NCBI GenBank assembly: GCA_041687695.1
Contig: JAWLBL010000007.1
Coordinates: 1 to 64,000 of the forward strand
Origin: Myxococcota bacterium
Lineage (GTDB): Bacteria; Myxococcota_A; UBA9042; PHBI01; JAWLBL01
DNA: 64,000 nt
Direction: 5' to 3'
Part shown: piece by piece, positions 16,964-26,660 of the stretch
Layout of the letters: each line of letters opens with the position of its first letter
Position numbering within the stretch: the stretch's first letter is position 1
The notes under the pieces: model-generated
Told to the model about the DNA's origin: nothing
Database searches by the model: none
What the model saw: only the letters and a program-made list of their open reading frames with translations
Position numbers and translations under genes: made by a program

Positions 16964-18253
16964 TCAGGCGCTGGCGCGCCGCTCGAGCAGCACCAGCGCC
17001 CAGAGCGCACGCGGCAGCGGGCTCGCGAGGCGCTCGCCCGGGCCGGCCGCGGCCGTGACGTCGACCTCGGCCAGCAGGCGCGCCACCTTCGGCGCCAGCG
17101 CCGGGGCCCACGGATCGTCCGACGCCGCCCCCAGGCGCTTGCCGACCTCGCCGAACCAGGGCAGGGCGCTGCGTCCCGGCAGGGTCGCCGACGCGCGCGC
17201 CACCTCGGCCAGCACCAGGGCCTCGACCACCGGCCGCTGCGCCTTCTGCCCCAGGTCCACCAGCGCGTTGAGCGCCGCCGATCGCGCGTCGTCGTCGCCG
17301 CGCACCCACCGCAGGCCGCCGCCGAGCTCGGCGATGAGCTGCGCGCGCTGCCCAGGCGCCTTGCGCAAGACGGCGTCCTGCGCCACCTGCTCGAGCGCGC
17401 CCGACCAGCGCCGCCCCCCCAGCCGAGCCGCCGCCAGCGCCGCCACCCGCCAGCGGGCGAGGCGCGCCTCGGGGTGCTCGTCGCGCTGGGTGTGGCGCAG
17501 GCATTGCTCCAGCGCCGCCTCCGCCTCGTCACGCGGCTCCGTCCGCTCGTCCGCGGCCAGGACGCCAGCGAGCAAGGCCGCCGACGTGTCCGGGATCGGA
17601 TCCTGGGCGATCTCCGCCCGCGCCGCCCGCGCCGCGTCGGCCCACGCTGCGGCCAGGTCTGCGCCGTCCGCCGAGCGCACGGCCAGCTCGAACAGGGCCC
17701 GCAGCCGCACCTCGGGCGTGCCGATCGACAGCGCCAGCGCCGACGCGGCGTCGGTCGGCGCCTCGGGGCGCCCGGTCAGCAGCGTCAGCCGCGCCCGGTC
17801 GGCGTCCAGCCCCCCGGTCCAGGCGTCGATCCACGACAGCGCCTCGCCCCATCCCGCCGGGACGCCGCCCCCCATCGCGTGACCCAGCGCCAGCGCCCGC
17901 TCCGGGCCGTCCAGGTTGGGCAGGCCGGCCTCGTCGAAGGACAGCCCGGCCCACAGCGCCAACCCCACCAGCCGGGGCGGCCGCGGCGTCGGCGCCTCGG
18001 CGAGCAGCGCGCGCACGGCGTCGCGCATCCCGCTCCCTTCGGGCGGCGGCCCTGCTTCGAGTCGGTAGTCGAAGGCCACGAAGCGCGCCCGCGCCGGCGC
18101 CGCGGCCAGCTCACGGAGCCCGACCTCGGGCGCGACGCGCAGGAGCACCCCGCCCCGCGCGGCCTGGTAGCGCTCGCGCAGCACGGGGTCGTCGATGGGC
18201 GCGGCCAGCGCGTCACAGGCGGCCAGAGCGTCCGTCAGCGCTGACTCGTTCAT
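16964..18253 (-). CDS. Hypothetical Ala/Leu/Arg-rich alpha-helical protein, probably co-transcribed with the DUF4157 giant
   Basis: 429-aa ORF whose ATG is 3 bp after the upstream stop; no recognisable catalytic motif. Confidence 0.7.
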   Translation of the reverse strand: MNESALTDALAACDALAAPIDDPVLRERYQAARGGVLLRVAPEVGLRELAAAPARARFVAFDYRLEAGPPPEGSGMRDAVRALLAEAPTPRPPRLVGLALWAGLSFDEAGLPNLDGPERALALGHAMGGGVPAGWGEALSWIDAWTGGLDADRARLTLLTGRPEAPTDAASALALSIGTPEVRLRALFELAVRSADGADLAAAWADAARAARAEIAQDPIPDTSAALLAGVLAADERTEPRDEAEAALEQCLRHTQRDEHPEARLARWRVAALAAARLGGRRWSGALEQVAQDAVLRKAPGQRAQLIAELGGGLRWVRGDDDARSAALNALVDLGQKAQRPVVEALVLAEVARASATLPGRSALPWFGEVGKRLGAASDDPWAPALAPKVARLLAEVDVTAAAGPGERLASPLPRALWALVLLERRASA

Positions 18254-18256
18254 CGC

Positions 18257-21200
18257 TTAGCCCTTCTTGGGCGGGTCGGCGGGGGCGTCGTCCTTCTTCA
18301 TGCGCAGGTCGATGCCCTTGAAGTCGCCGCTCAGCTGGCCGCCGGCCTGCATGGACGCGTCACCGCCCACGCCGCCCATGCCCTTGGCGTCCAGCGTGAT
18401 CTGCTTGGCCTGCAGGGTCATGGTCTCGGTCGACACCCTCAGGTTGTCCACGCCGAAGTGGGCCGACAGCGTCAGCGCCTGTCCGATGGTGCGGTCGGGC
18501 ATCGTGAAGTCGGCCGTGGCGCCCGCCGACAGGAACGGCATGAAGTCGCCGCCCGAGACCGGCCGCCGCATCGCCGAAAGGCCCCCAGCGGCGTTCAAGC
18601 CGGCGCCCAGCTTGATCTTGCGCGCCCACTCGAGCAGCAGGGTCTTGCGGCGCGCGAAGTCCTCCTCGGCGCGGGCCTCCTTGTACTGCTCCTTGGCCTT
18701 CTTCGAGTTGAAGGGGTTCCAGTCGACCGCCGTGTCGTACAGGAAGTCCCCGGCGGTCCCGAGCACGCCCTTGCCGTCGGGCGCCAGGATGTCGATGCCC
18801 ACGGCCGCCGAGCCCATGGCGCTGACCAGGTCGCCCGACATCTTGTCCAGATCGATCTCCATCGGGGGCGTGGCCGGCTTGGCGGGCGAGCCCTCGGACG
18901 CGCCGTTCATCGCGTCCTCGACGTAGCCACGGACCTTGGTGAACTCGGGCTCGATGAAGTCCACCAGCTCGCCGACCGCGATGGTCAGGATCTTCATCGT
19001 CACCGCCTTGGGGCAGAAGAAGCCGAAGATCTCCTCGTGCGGCAGGTGGATGCCGGCCACGGTGTCGCCGATCTGCACGTGGCCGTTCTTCACGACGGGC
19101 TTGATCTGCGCGTAGCTCGTGTGGATGGGCAGCTGAATCAGCAGGTGCCCCGAGATCTTGTCGAGGAACGGCATCGACCACAGGTAGTCCCACTGGCCCG
19201 GTGCGGTCGCGGGCGTGCCCTCCGAGCCGGGCACCGTGATCTTGTTGGTCTCCCCACCGGCCTTGACGGTGAACCCACCCTCCTCGACCGAGACGTGGTG
19301 GTCGCCGTCGGCGTCGGAGTACTCGAGCCCCTTGACGCTCAGCCGCTCGAGGCTGCCTCCGAACCCGGCCACGTGACCGGCCGCCGCCTGCGCCGTCAGC
19401 TCCTCGAGCCGGAACTTCGTCGCGCCGCTCTGCAGGAAGTCGACCTTCAGCCCCTTGGCCTTGACCGACGCGCTCGCGCTCAGCTCCTTGCCGACCGAGG
19501 CCGACATCTTGTCGATGGCGAACTCCTGCAGGCCCACCGACCCGCCGCGGGTGACCCAGTCCCCCTTGTCGTTCACCGCCAGGTCGAGATCCGTGACGTT
19601 GAACCCGTACAGGTGGCCGTGCGGCATCTTGATGTGCGCGTCGCCGAACGTCAGCGCCGTGTTGTTCACGTCGATGGTGGGCACGGCAATGGACTGGATG
19701 CGGGCGCCGGTGACCGTCTTTTCGCCCTTGGCGTCCTTGCCGAAGGTGCCGACGACCCGCGCGCGGAAGCCCTTCATCTGCGCGCTGCCGATGCTGGCGG
19801 CGTTGCTGCCGGACGCGAAGTCGACGTTGTTCAGCCCCAGCGCGCCCAGCGACGCGCTGACCGCGAAGCCCGACTCGCTCATCTCGAAGTCGGCGCTGGC
19901 GTCTGTGGCCGTCAGGGCGAACTTGTTGGTGTGTCCGTCCTGGGTCACCGACCCGTTCACGCTCAGGTCGCCGTCGCCCATGTGGGCCTTGGTGACGCCG
20001 CCCTTCTGGCTGAACCCGATGTCCGACGCGTTGCCGCTGGCGTTCACGTCGAAGCCGGTGCCGCCCGCCTGGCCCGACACCCCCAGGTGCGCCAGGTTGG
20101 CGTTGCCGATGTGGGCCGACACGTCCCCGTTGGTCTCGTCGTACTCGGCCTTGACGCCGCTCAGGCTGCCGGCCGCGCTGACCCCCACGCGCTTGTCGCC
20201 CACCGTCGCGTCGACGTCGAGCTGCTTCATCGACGCGCCCGCGAGGTCGACCGTGGTCACCCCGTTGTTGGCGCGCTTGATGTCCAGCCCCGAGATGCTG
20301 GCCGTGGCGTTGGCCTTGATGATGGCCTCGCCCTGGCCCTCGATCTGCTGCCGGATGTTGGCCTGCAGCCCCTCGACCCCCGCCTTGCCCAGGTGGAAGT
20401 CGAAGGTGTTGGCGCCCAGGACGAAGTCCTTGACCCGGATCTCCTCGAAGTACCCGCGCGTCAGGCCGACGTCGATGGCCCCGTCGGCGCTCCGGTACTT
20501 CAGGGCCTTGCCCTCGATCTTGTCGATCGACAGCAAATCCACCGTCAGCGCGCCCGTGTTGATGTTCGTGCGGCCCTTGAGCCGCGTCCCGGTCATCGAG
20601 CCCGACCCGACGTTGAGCAGGTGCCCGCCGCCCGCGTAGTGGATCCCCTGCAGCGCGAACGTCCCGAGCGACGCCTCGAACGTTGCGTCGCCGGTGTTGC
20701 GGTCCAGCTCGACCGCCCCCTTCAGCTCGCCGATCTTGGTGATCTGGCCCCCCGAGCCCTTCAGCGACTCGACGAGCGACCCCTTGGGCACGTTCCCGCT
20801 GGCCTCGTACCCCAGCTTCTCGAGCGTCAGCCCGCCCAGGTTCACCGACACCTTGCCGTCGCTCAGCGCCTCGGCCTGGAAGTCGTGCAGGCTCAGCTCG
20901 CCCTGCGCCCGGAAGTAGTCCCCGATGCCCGCCTGCAGCTTCACCTGCGCCTCGTCCACCTTGGCGCTGCCGGCGATCTTCATCGGGTCGAACTCGGTCA
21001 GCGAGATGCCCCGCAGCGCGAGCCCCTTCATGCTCGCCTCGGGGATCTGCACGTTCACCAGCTCGCTGCCGACCGGCATGGTGACGCTGAGCCCCTTCGC
21101 GCTCATCTGCGCGATCTCGAACAGCTCCAGCATGCTCTTGGGGGCCAGCTTGTATTCGCCCTTGTCGTCCTTGACGACCTCGACCGTCACCGAGACCTCA

Positions 21201-24200
21201 GCCCCCTGCATCCCGGCGTGCTCGGCCTCGGCCGTCATGCTCGGCGAGACGTAGCGCATCGGCCCGACCGAGAACGCGCCCACGCTCAGCTTGACCCCGA
21301 TGGTGCGCCCGGCGATGTCGTAGCCGTCGACCAGCGGGTTGCCGATGCCCGACGCCTCGACCTTGAACTTCTCGACCTTCAGGTCGTCGACCCGGACCTC
21401 CTGGTCCATCGCCTCGACCTGCGCCTTCACCTCGTCGAAGCGCCGCTGCGCGTCCGCCAGCGTGGCCTCCAGCTCCTTCTTTCGCTCGGCGTCCTTCTCG
21501 GCCGCCAGCGCGTCGCTCGCGGTCTTCACCTCGCCCTCGAGCCCGACCAGCTGCGTGCGCAGGCCGTCGAACGTCTGCTTGCGCGCCTTCAGCCGCCCCA
21601 GCTCGTCCTGCTCGGCCGCCGTCAGCTCGCCCTTGCCCTCGAGGTCCGCGATCTTGCGATCGAGCAGCGACACCTCGCTGGGCCGGTAGACGCCCTGGAC
21701 CTGGAACTTGCCGACCTCCATCGCGACGTTCCCGTCGCCCGACGTGTCCGCGCTGAGCGACAAGCCCTCGACGTCGATGGCGTCGACGTGCGTCCCGTCG
21801 GCCGCGTTGTTCACGTCGCGCACCCGCAGCGTGCCGGCCTTGACGTGCCCCTTGGCGTCGCCGCCCTGCACCGTCCCGCTGGTCACCATGCTCAGGGCGT
21901 CGATGGACGCCCCCATCTCGAGGTCCGTGCCCGTGACCGACCCGACGCTGTAGTCCCCCGACTTCACGTCGGTGACCGACATCTCGGCCGCCTTGACGGT
22001 CAGGCTGCCCGACGCGGCCACGTCGTCGCCGACCATCTGGCCGCCGCCCGCCACGGTCATCTCGACGCCGCGGAGGTCGATCTCGCCGATGGTGGTCGGC
22101 GCCGCGCGCAGGATGTCGCGCAGCTCCTTCATCCGCCGCACGGCCGTCGGGTCCCCGGACCCGGCCTTCGCCTCGACCTGCAGCAGCTCCTCGACCGTGG
22201 CCCCGACGTTCGCCCCCTTGGCGGTGCCGCTCCACCAGTCCTCGAGCGCCTTCAGCTCGGCCTCCTCCTTGGGGCCCAGCCCCTTGCCCGCCTGGCCGCG
22301 CAGCTCGGCCCGCCGGGTCGCCATCCCGCGGTAGTCCGGCAGCGTGCCCGCGAACTCGAGATCCTTGGCGTGCACGCGGTCGACGCCCAGGGTCAGCGCG
22401 CCCGCGCCCTCGGTCACCTGCTGCTCGGGATCGACCAGCTCGGTCGCCTTCGACGCCTCGCTCGCCGTCACCATCTGGTTGGCCACCGCGAGCCCCGGCA
22501 CGCCGGCCGTCTGCCCGCTGCCGCTGATGCCCGTCGCCGTGATGGTCCCCTGCCGCTCGCCGACCTGCGACCCCAGGCCCTCGACCGTGAAGCTGCCCAC
22601 GTCGATGGTCGCGCCGCCCTGCAGCGTCTTCTGCAGGGTCAGGAACTCCTCGGTCTCGGCGCCGAGATCCTCTCCGTTGCGCTGCCGGTGATACAGCTCG
22701 AGGTAGCGCTGCTCCTGCGCCTCGAGCGCCGGCAGCTCGCTCTGCAGCTTGGCCTTGTCGGCCCCGAGCGCCTCGACCTTCTGGGTGAGCCGCGTCAGCT
22801 CGTGCTCGTCGACCTCGGTCCGCTGCGCCATCGCCTTCAGCTCGGCGATGCGTCCCTGGGCCCGCCCGACGGCCGCGTCGATCTGCGCCAGGCGGTCGTG
22901 CGCGTGCTTGGACGGCAGCGACGACACCTTGATGTCGATGTCCTGGACGTTGATGCGGTCGGCCCGCTGTCCGCTGGACGTCGTCAGCCCCTCGACCGTC
23001 ACGTCGGCGATGGAGAGCCCCATCATCGGGGTCTCCTTCGCCTCGTCGGCCGGGCTCTTGCCGCCCGCCATCCCGCCCGCGGCGTTGCCGACGATCTGCG
23101 GCACGAACTTCAGCTGCGACAGCGCGACGTCGGCGCCCTTGCCCTGGGCCAGCTGGTCCTTGGGGACGGGCACCTCCTGCACGTCCAGCCGCACGCCCTT
23201 GACCGCGAAGCGGCCCATGGTCGTCATCGCGTCGGGCATGATGACCAGGAGATCGGCGACCTCGAGCTCGTCCAGCTCGAAGATGACCCGGTTGCGATCG
23301 GTGGGCTTGGCGCCCTCCATCGCGACGTCCCACTGGACCTTCATGCGCAGGCCCTTGAGGGTCACCGCGCCCGTCTCGACCTTGTAGTCCCCGTAGGCGT
23401 AGCGGATGGACTCGAGCTGCAGATCCGCCGCGTCCACGTCGACGTAGGCGATGCCGTCGATGTACTGGATCTTGAGATCGATGGCGTTGACGTCGTCTTC
23501 TTCGCCGTCGGTCCGGCGGAACTTCATCCCCGAGATGGACCCGCCCAGCGCGTCCTGCACCTCGTCGAGCTCGACGCCCTTCAGCTCGGCCTTGCGCTCC
23601 TTGATGCTGATGTCGATGTCGTCGATCTGCGCGAACGCGTCGACGCCCTGGACGACGGCCGTGCCGACCTCGCCGATGGTCTGGAACGCCCCCTCCTGGT
23701 ACCACTGGTTGGTCTTCAGCCCGTCGCCGGTGAAGTCCTTCATGTCGCGGACGAAGCCGAACGCCTCGGCCACCTCGGGGTGCTTGTCGAAGGCCCCGAA
23801 CTGGATGGCCAGCTCGTTGGCCAGCCGGCGGTGGCCGGCCGCGATGGCCATGCGGATGACGTTGGCCAGCTGCTGGGCGTCCTTTTCGCCCTGCGCGTTC
23901 CACAGCGCCTCGTCGGCCAGCTGGGTCAGCAGGCTCTCGCGGTCCTTTCCGTCCTCGCCGCCCTGATACATGTTCAGGTCGTCCGAGTTCAGCTGGCTGT
24001 CGTTCATCTCGCCCATCATCCGGTCCCACCAGTCCGGATTGAGCGCCTGGAACTTCTCGCGGTAGTTGGCGGGCATCGCCTTCATCAGGTTGAAGGCGAG
24101 GTAGGCCTCCTCACTGGTGCACACGTTGAGCAGCCCGCTCTCGAGCAGCGTCTGCACGTGGGCCACCGAGCGCATCGGGTCGCGGGCCGCCAGGATGCTG

Positions 24201-26296
24201 ATGGTGGTGCGCCGGCGGGTGTCGTGCCAGATGAACGAGAAGCCCAGGTCGTCCAGCATCTTGTCGACGAGCCCCAGCGCGTCGAGCCGCCGCACGATGG
24301 CCTGGCGCAACGTCATCTCGGCCGCCGCCAGCTTGCCGTACGCGTCGGCCGCGGCGGTCGCCTCGTTGGACGCCAGCGCGCGCTCGACCGCCTCGAACAG
24401 GGCCTTGGCGTCCTGCGCCTTCTGCAGCGCCTCGCCCTCCTTGCCCTCGGTCTCGAAGACGTCGCCCTGCTTCTTGGCGGCGTCCAGCTCGGCCTGGCTG
24501 CCGAAGGTGCCGAAGCCCGCCTTCGTCAGCTCGCCCGACTCGTCGACCGTCGCCATCTGCGAGGTGTCGGTGACCGTCTCGCGCTTGAGGTTGCGCTCCA
24601 TGCGCTCGAGCCAGGCGCCGTTGTCCTTCTCGCGGAACTTGGCCTGCACCGACGGCGGCTGCGACCGGATGAGGTAGTAGGCCATCTGGGCCTCGACCTC
24701 GGTCACCGCCCAGTCGAACAGGCCGGTCTCGAGCAGCCCCTCGGCGTAGACCAGGGCCGCCTGCGGCGGGCGGTAGCGCAGGATCCCGATCAGCGTCCCG
24801 ACGTTGGCCTTGGCGAACTTGTCGGCCTTGGGCAGGTTGTCGAGCCACTTGTCGATGTAGCCGCCCTTCTCCAGCTCGCGGACCGCCGCCGACAGCGACG
24901 CGCCGCTGAGCTTGGACAGCTCGCCCAGCACCTGACGCGCCTCGGCGTCGGTCACCGGGTTGAAGATGCCCGACTTCAGGTTCTTCTTGATGCGCTCGAT
25001 GGCCGAGGCCGTCTCGCCGTCCTTGAGCGCCTCCGTCTCGCCCTTGGCGGCGGCGCGGCGCTTGTCCTCGCGCTGCCGGAGGTCCTTCTCCTTGGCCGGA
25101 TCGAGGGCGGCCTGCAGCTCCGTCACCGCGCTGGACGGCAGGCTCTTGCAGTACTCCTTCCAGTGGTCGCCGCCGCGCTCGCGGAACGCCTGGACGTAGT
25201 GGGGCGGCAGGCTCTTGAGCAGCAGGAAGCTCATGTGGGCTTCCTCGGCGCTGACGCCGTTCAAGAAGCCCGTGTCCGTCAGCTTGAAGAGCAGCTTCCA
25301 GGCCGCGGTGGGGCTCATCGCGCGGAAGGTGGCGACGACCTCGCGCGGGTGGCGCTTGAAGTGCTTGCTGCCGATGTTGTCGACGAAGTCCGCGAGCCAC
25401 TCGGGCTTGAGCGCGCACCAGGCCGTCGTGATGGTGTTCATGTCCCAGTGGGACAGGATGGCGAGCACCTCGAGGCAGTCGCCGTCGGAGGTGTGGCCCT
25501 TGAGCAGCTTGACGATGGCCGCCATCTCGGCGCCGTGCGACTCCTTGAAGGCGGCGATCTCCTCGGCCGCCTTGGGGTCGACCGGGGCGTTGGTCTTGGG
25601 GCCGTCGCCGGTGGTCGTCGCGTCCGGGCCCGTGTTCGTCTTGCGCGCGACCTGCGGCGCGGCACCGACGGACACCGGCGCGGTGCCTCCCGACAGCGCC
25701 GCGTCCGCGACGGCGTCGGCCTCGGCCTCGAGATCGCCCGAGGGCGCCGCGGCGGGGGCGTCCTTGCCCTGGGCGGCCGGCGACGGCGTGCCCGCCTGCT
25801 GCGCGACGTGCGCGTACTCGTGCGCCTCGGTGTGCGCCGACGGGTTGGGGCTGGCGAAGGCGACCTGGTTGCCGACCGTGAAGCCCTCGGCCCCCAGCGA
25901 CTCGCACGCGGCCTGAGCCTCGGGTCCGGTGTGCTTGCGCGCGCCGCCGAGGTCGACCCCGGTGGTCGACGACACCTTGGACGCGATCCCCGCGTCGAGC
26001 GGCGTCGAGGCGCCCTTGAGCCCGGCCTCGGCGACCCGCTGCGCCGACGCGCTGCTCGGGGACAGGGCCTCGCTGGCCTCCTTGTACGACAGCTGCCGCA
26101 GCGCAGGGCTGACGGGCCGGTTCGGCGAGAGCGCCTCGGTCGCCGCCTTGAACGACAGCTGCTTGAGGCCTCGGGTCACCGGCGATCGCGGCGAGGACGC
26201 GCCGGACGACGATCCCGAAGGTCCGTCCTGACGCTTCTCCCCCTGGCTGGCCGCGGTCGTCTGCTGGGTCGATTGCTCGGAGAGCTCTGAAGACAT
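18257..26296 (-). CDS. Giant (~2680 aa) DUF4157/eCIS-core-domain protein with helical repeats, coiled coils and a long AsmA-like beta-rich region
   Basis: GGAAGGGG RBS and ATG at 26296; DUF4157-type segment PLD...GVDLGGARKHTG..A...CESLGAEGFTVGNQVAF...AHEYAHVAQQ followed by LEAEADAVA; open frame with a natural amino-acid composition. Confidence 0.85.
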   Translation of the reverse strand: MSSELSEQSTQQTTAASQGEKRQDGPSGSSSGASSPRSPVTRGLKQLSFKAATEALSPNRPVSPALRQLSYKEASEALSPSSASAQRVAEAGLKGASTPLDAGIASKVSSTTGVDLGGARKHTGPEAQAACESLGAEGFTVGNQVAFASPNPSAHTEAHEYAHVAQQAGTPSPAAQGKDAPAAAPSGDLEAEADAVADAALSGGTAPVSVGAAPQVARKTNTGPDATTTGDGPKTNAPVDPKAAEEIAAFKESHGAEMAAIVKLLKGHTSDGDCLEVLAILSHWDMNTITTAWCALKPEWLADFVDNIGSKHFKRHPREVVATFRAMSPTAAWKLLFKLTDTGFLNGVSAEEAHMSFLLLKSLPPHYVQAFRERGGDHWKEYCKSLPSSAVTELQAALDPAKEKDLRQREDKRRAAAKGETEALKDGETASAIERIKKNLKSGIFNPVTDAEARQVLGELSKLSGASLSAAVRELEKGGYIDKWLDNLPKADKFAKANVGTLIGILRYRPPQAALVYAEGLLETGLFDWAVTEVEAQMAYYLIRSQPPSVQAKFREKDNGAWLERMERNLKRETVTDTSQMATVDESGELTKAGFGTFGSQAELDAAKKQGDVFETEGKEGEALQKAQDAKALFEAVERALASNEATAAADAYGKLAAAEMTLRQAIVRRLDALGLVDKMLDDLGFSFIWHDTRRRTTISILAARDPMRSVAHVQTLLESGLLNVCTSEEAYLAFNLMKAMPANYREKFQALNPDWWDRMMGEMNDSQLNSDDLNMYQGGEDGKDRESLLTQLADEALWNAQGEKDAQQLANVIRMAIAAGHRRLANELAIQFGAFDKHPEVAEAFGFVRDMKDFTGDGLKTNQWYQEGAFQTIGEVGTAVVQGVDAFAQIDDIDISIKERKAELKGVELDEVQDALGGSISGMKFRRTDGEEDDVNAIDLKIQYIDGIAYVDVDAADLQLESIRYAYGDYKVETGAVTLKGLRMKVQWDVAMEGAKPTDRNRVIFELDELEVADLLVIMPDAMTTMGRFAVKGVRLDVQEVPVPKDQLAQGKGADVALSQLKFVPQIVGNAAGGMAGGKSPADEAKETPMMGLSIADVTVEGLTTSSGQRADRINVQDIDIKVSSLPSKHAHDRLAQIDAAVGRAQGRIAELKAMAQRTEVDEHELTRLTQKVEALGADKAKLQSELPALEAQEQRYLELYHRQRNGEDLGAETEEFLTLQKTLQGGATIDVGSFTVEGLGSQVGERQGTITATGISGSGQTAGVPGLAVANQMVTASEASKATELVDPEQQVTEGAGALTLGVDRVHAKDLEFAGTLPDYRGMATRRAELRGQAGKGLGPKEEAELKALEDWWSGTAKGANVGATVEELLQVEAKAGSGDPTAVRRMKELRDILRAAPTTIGEIDLRGVEMTVAGGGQMVGDDVAASGSLTVKAAEMSVTDVKSGDYSVGSVTGTDLEMGASIDALSMVTSGTVQGGDAKGHVKAGTLRVRDVNNAADGTHVDAIDVEGLSLSADTSGDGNVAMEVGKFQVQGVYRPSEVSLLDRKIADLEGKGELTAAEQDELGRLKARKQTFDGLRTQLVGLEGEVKTASDALAAEKDAERKKELEATLADAQRRFDEVKAQVEAMDQEVRVDDLKVEKFKVEASGIGNPLVDGYDIAGRTIGVKLSVGAFSVGPMRYVSPSMTAEAEHAGMQGAEVSVTVEVVKDDKGEYKLAPKSMLELFEIAQMSAKGLSVTMPVGSELVNVQIPEASMKGLALRGISLTEFDPMKIAGSAKVDEAQVKLQAGIGDYFRAQGELSLHDFQAEALSDGKVSVNLGGLTLEKLGYEASGNVPKGSLVESLKGSGGQITKIGELKGAVELDRNTGDATFEASLGTFALQGIHYAGGGHLLNVGSGSMTGTRLKGRTNINTGALTVDLLSIDKIEGKALKYRSADGAIDVGLTRGYFEEIRVKDFVLGANTFDFHLGKAGVEGLQANIRQQIEGQGEAIIKANATASISGLDIKRANNGVTTVDLAGASMKQLDVDATVGDKRVGVSAAGSLSGVKAEYDETNGDVSAHIGNANLAHLGVSGQAGGTGFDVNASGNASDIGFSQKGGVTKAHMGDGDLSVNGSVTQDGHTNKFALTATDASADFEMSESGFAVSASLGALGLNNVDFASGSNAASIGSAQMKGFRARVVGTFGKDAKGEKTVTGARIQSIAVPTIDVNNTALTFGDAHIKMPHGHLYGFNVTDLDLAVNDKGDWVTRGGSVGLQEFAIDKMSASVGKELSASASVKAKGLKVDFLQSGATKFRLEELTAQAAAGHVAGFGGSLERLSVKGLEYSDADGDHHVSVEEGGFTVKAGGETNKITVPGSEGTPATAPGQWDYLWSMPFLDKISGHLLIQLPIHTSYAQIKPVVKNGHVQIGDTVAGIHLPHEEIFGFFCPKAVTMKILTIAVGELVDFIEPEFTKVRGYVEDAMNGASEGSPAKPATPPMEIDLDKMSGDLVSAMGSAAVGIDILAPDGKGVLGTAGDFLYDTAVDWNPFNSKKAKEQYKEARAEEDFARRKTLLLEWARKIKLGAGLNAAGGLSAMRRPVSGGDFMPFLSAGATADFTMPDRTIGQALTLSAHFGVDNLRVSTETMTLQAKQITLDAKGMGGVGGDASMQAGGQLSGDFKGIDLRMKKDDAPADPPKKG

Positions 26297-26433
26297 AGCT
26301 GTCCCCTTCCGGTCCGGCCGGCCAGCGCGCACGTCGGCCACATTAGTCGGAACGTCGGTCCGTGTCCACGGCCCCGGCGCGGATCGTCAGGGCGGTCGCA
26401 AAGTCGCCAGTGGGTTCGCCACGCCTCGCATTC

Positions 26434-26574
26434 AGCGCGGCGAGCCGCGCTACGCCGGAGCACGAGCGAGCTCGTGCAGTCCGGTCGTCGGACTCCGAGG
26501 TGGATTCCTGGCGGCGAGTCTCGACGGACTGCCCCAGCTCGCTGGGGCTCCTGGGTCGCGCAGCTCGCTGCGCG
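26434..26574. repeat. Inverted pair of multi-hairpin elements (copy 1 on +, 26434-26494; copy 2 on -, 26517-26574)
   Basis: Each copy is hairpin A (GCGCRGC-GA-GCYGCGC), a linker ending GGA, hairpin B (GC....GC-GA-GC....GC), then AGTCCG. Confidence 0.85.
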
Positions 26575-26660
26575 CAACGCTCGAGGGACTCTGGGATGAC
26601 CCGGCGCGGATCGTCATCCTGCGCCGCACGGCGCGACGAGAACGCGTCGGCTCGGCGCGC

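Noticed and set aside
18458..26290. 2610-aa plus-strand ORF
   Set aside because: Antisense shadow of the DUF4157 gene, expected from high-GC codon bias; no motifs.
26400..26660. tRNA or known riboswitch in the hairpin-rich intergenic region
   Set aside because: No acceptor-stem/TpsiC layout or aptamer consensus that I recognise; better explained as two inverted repeat copies.
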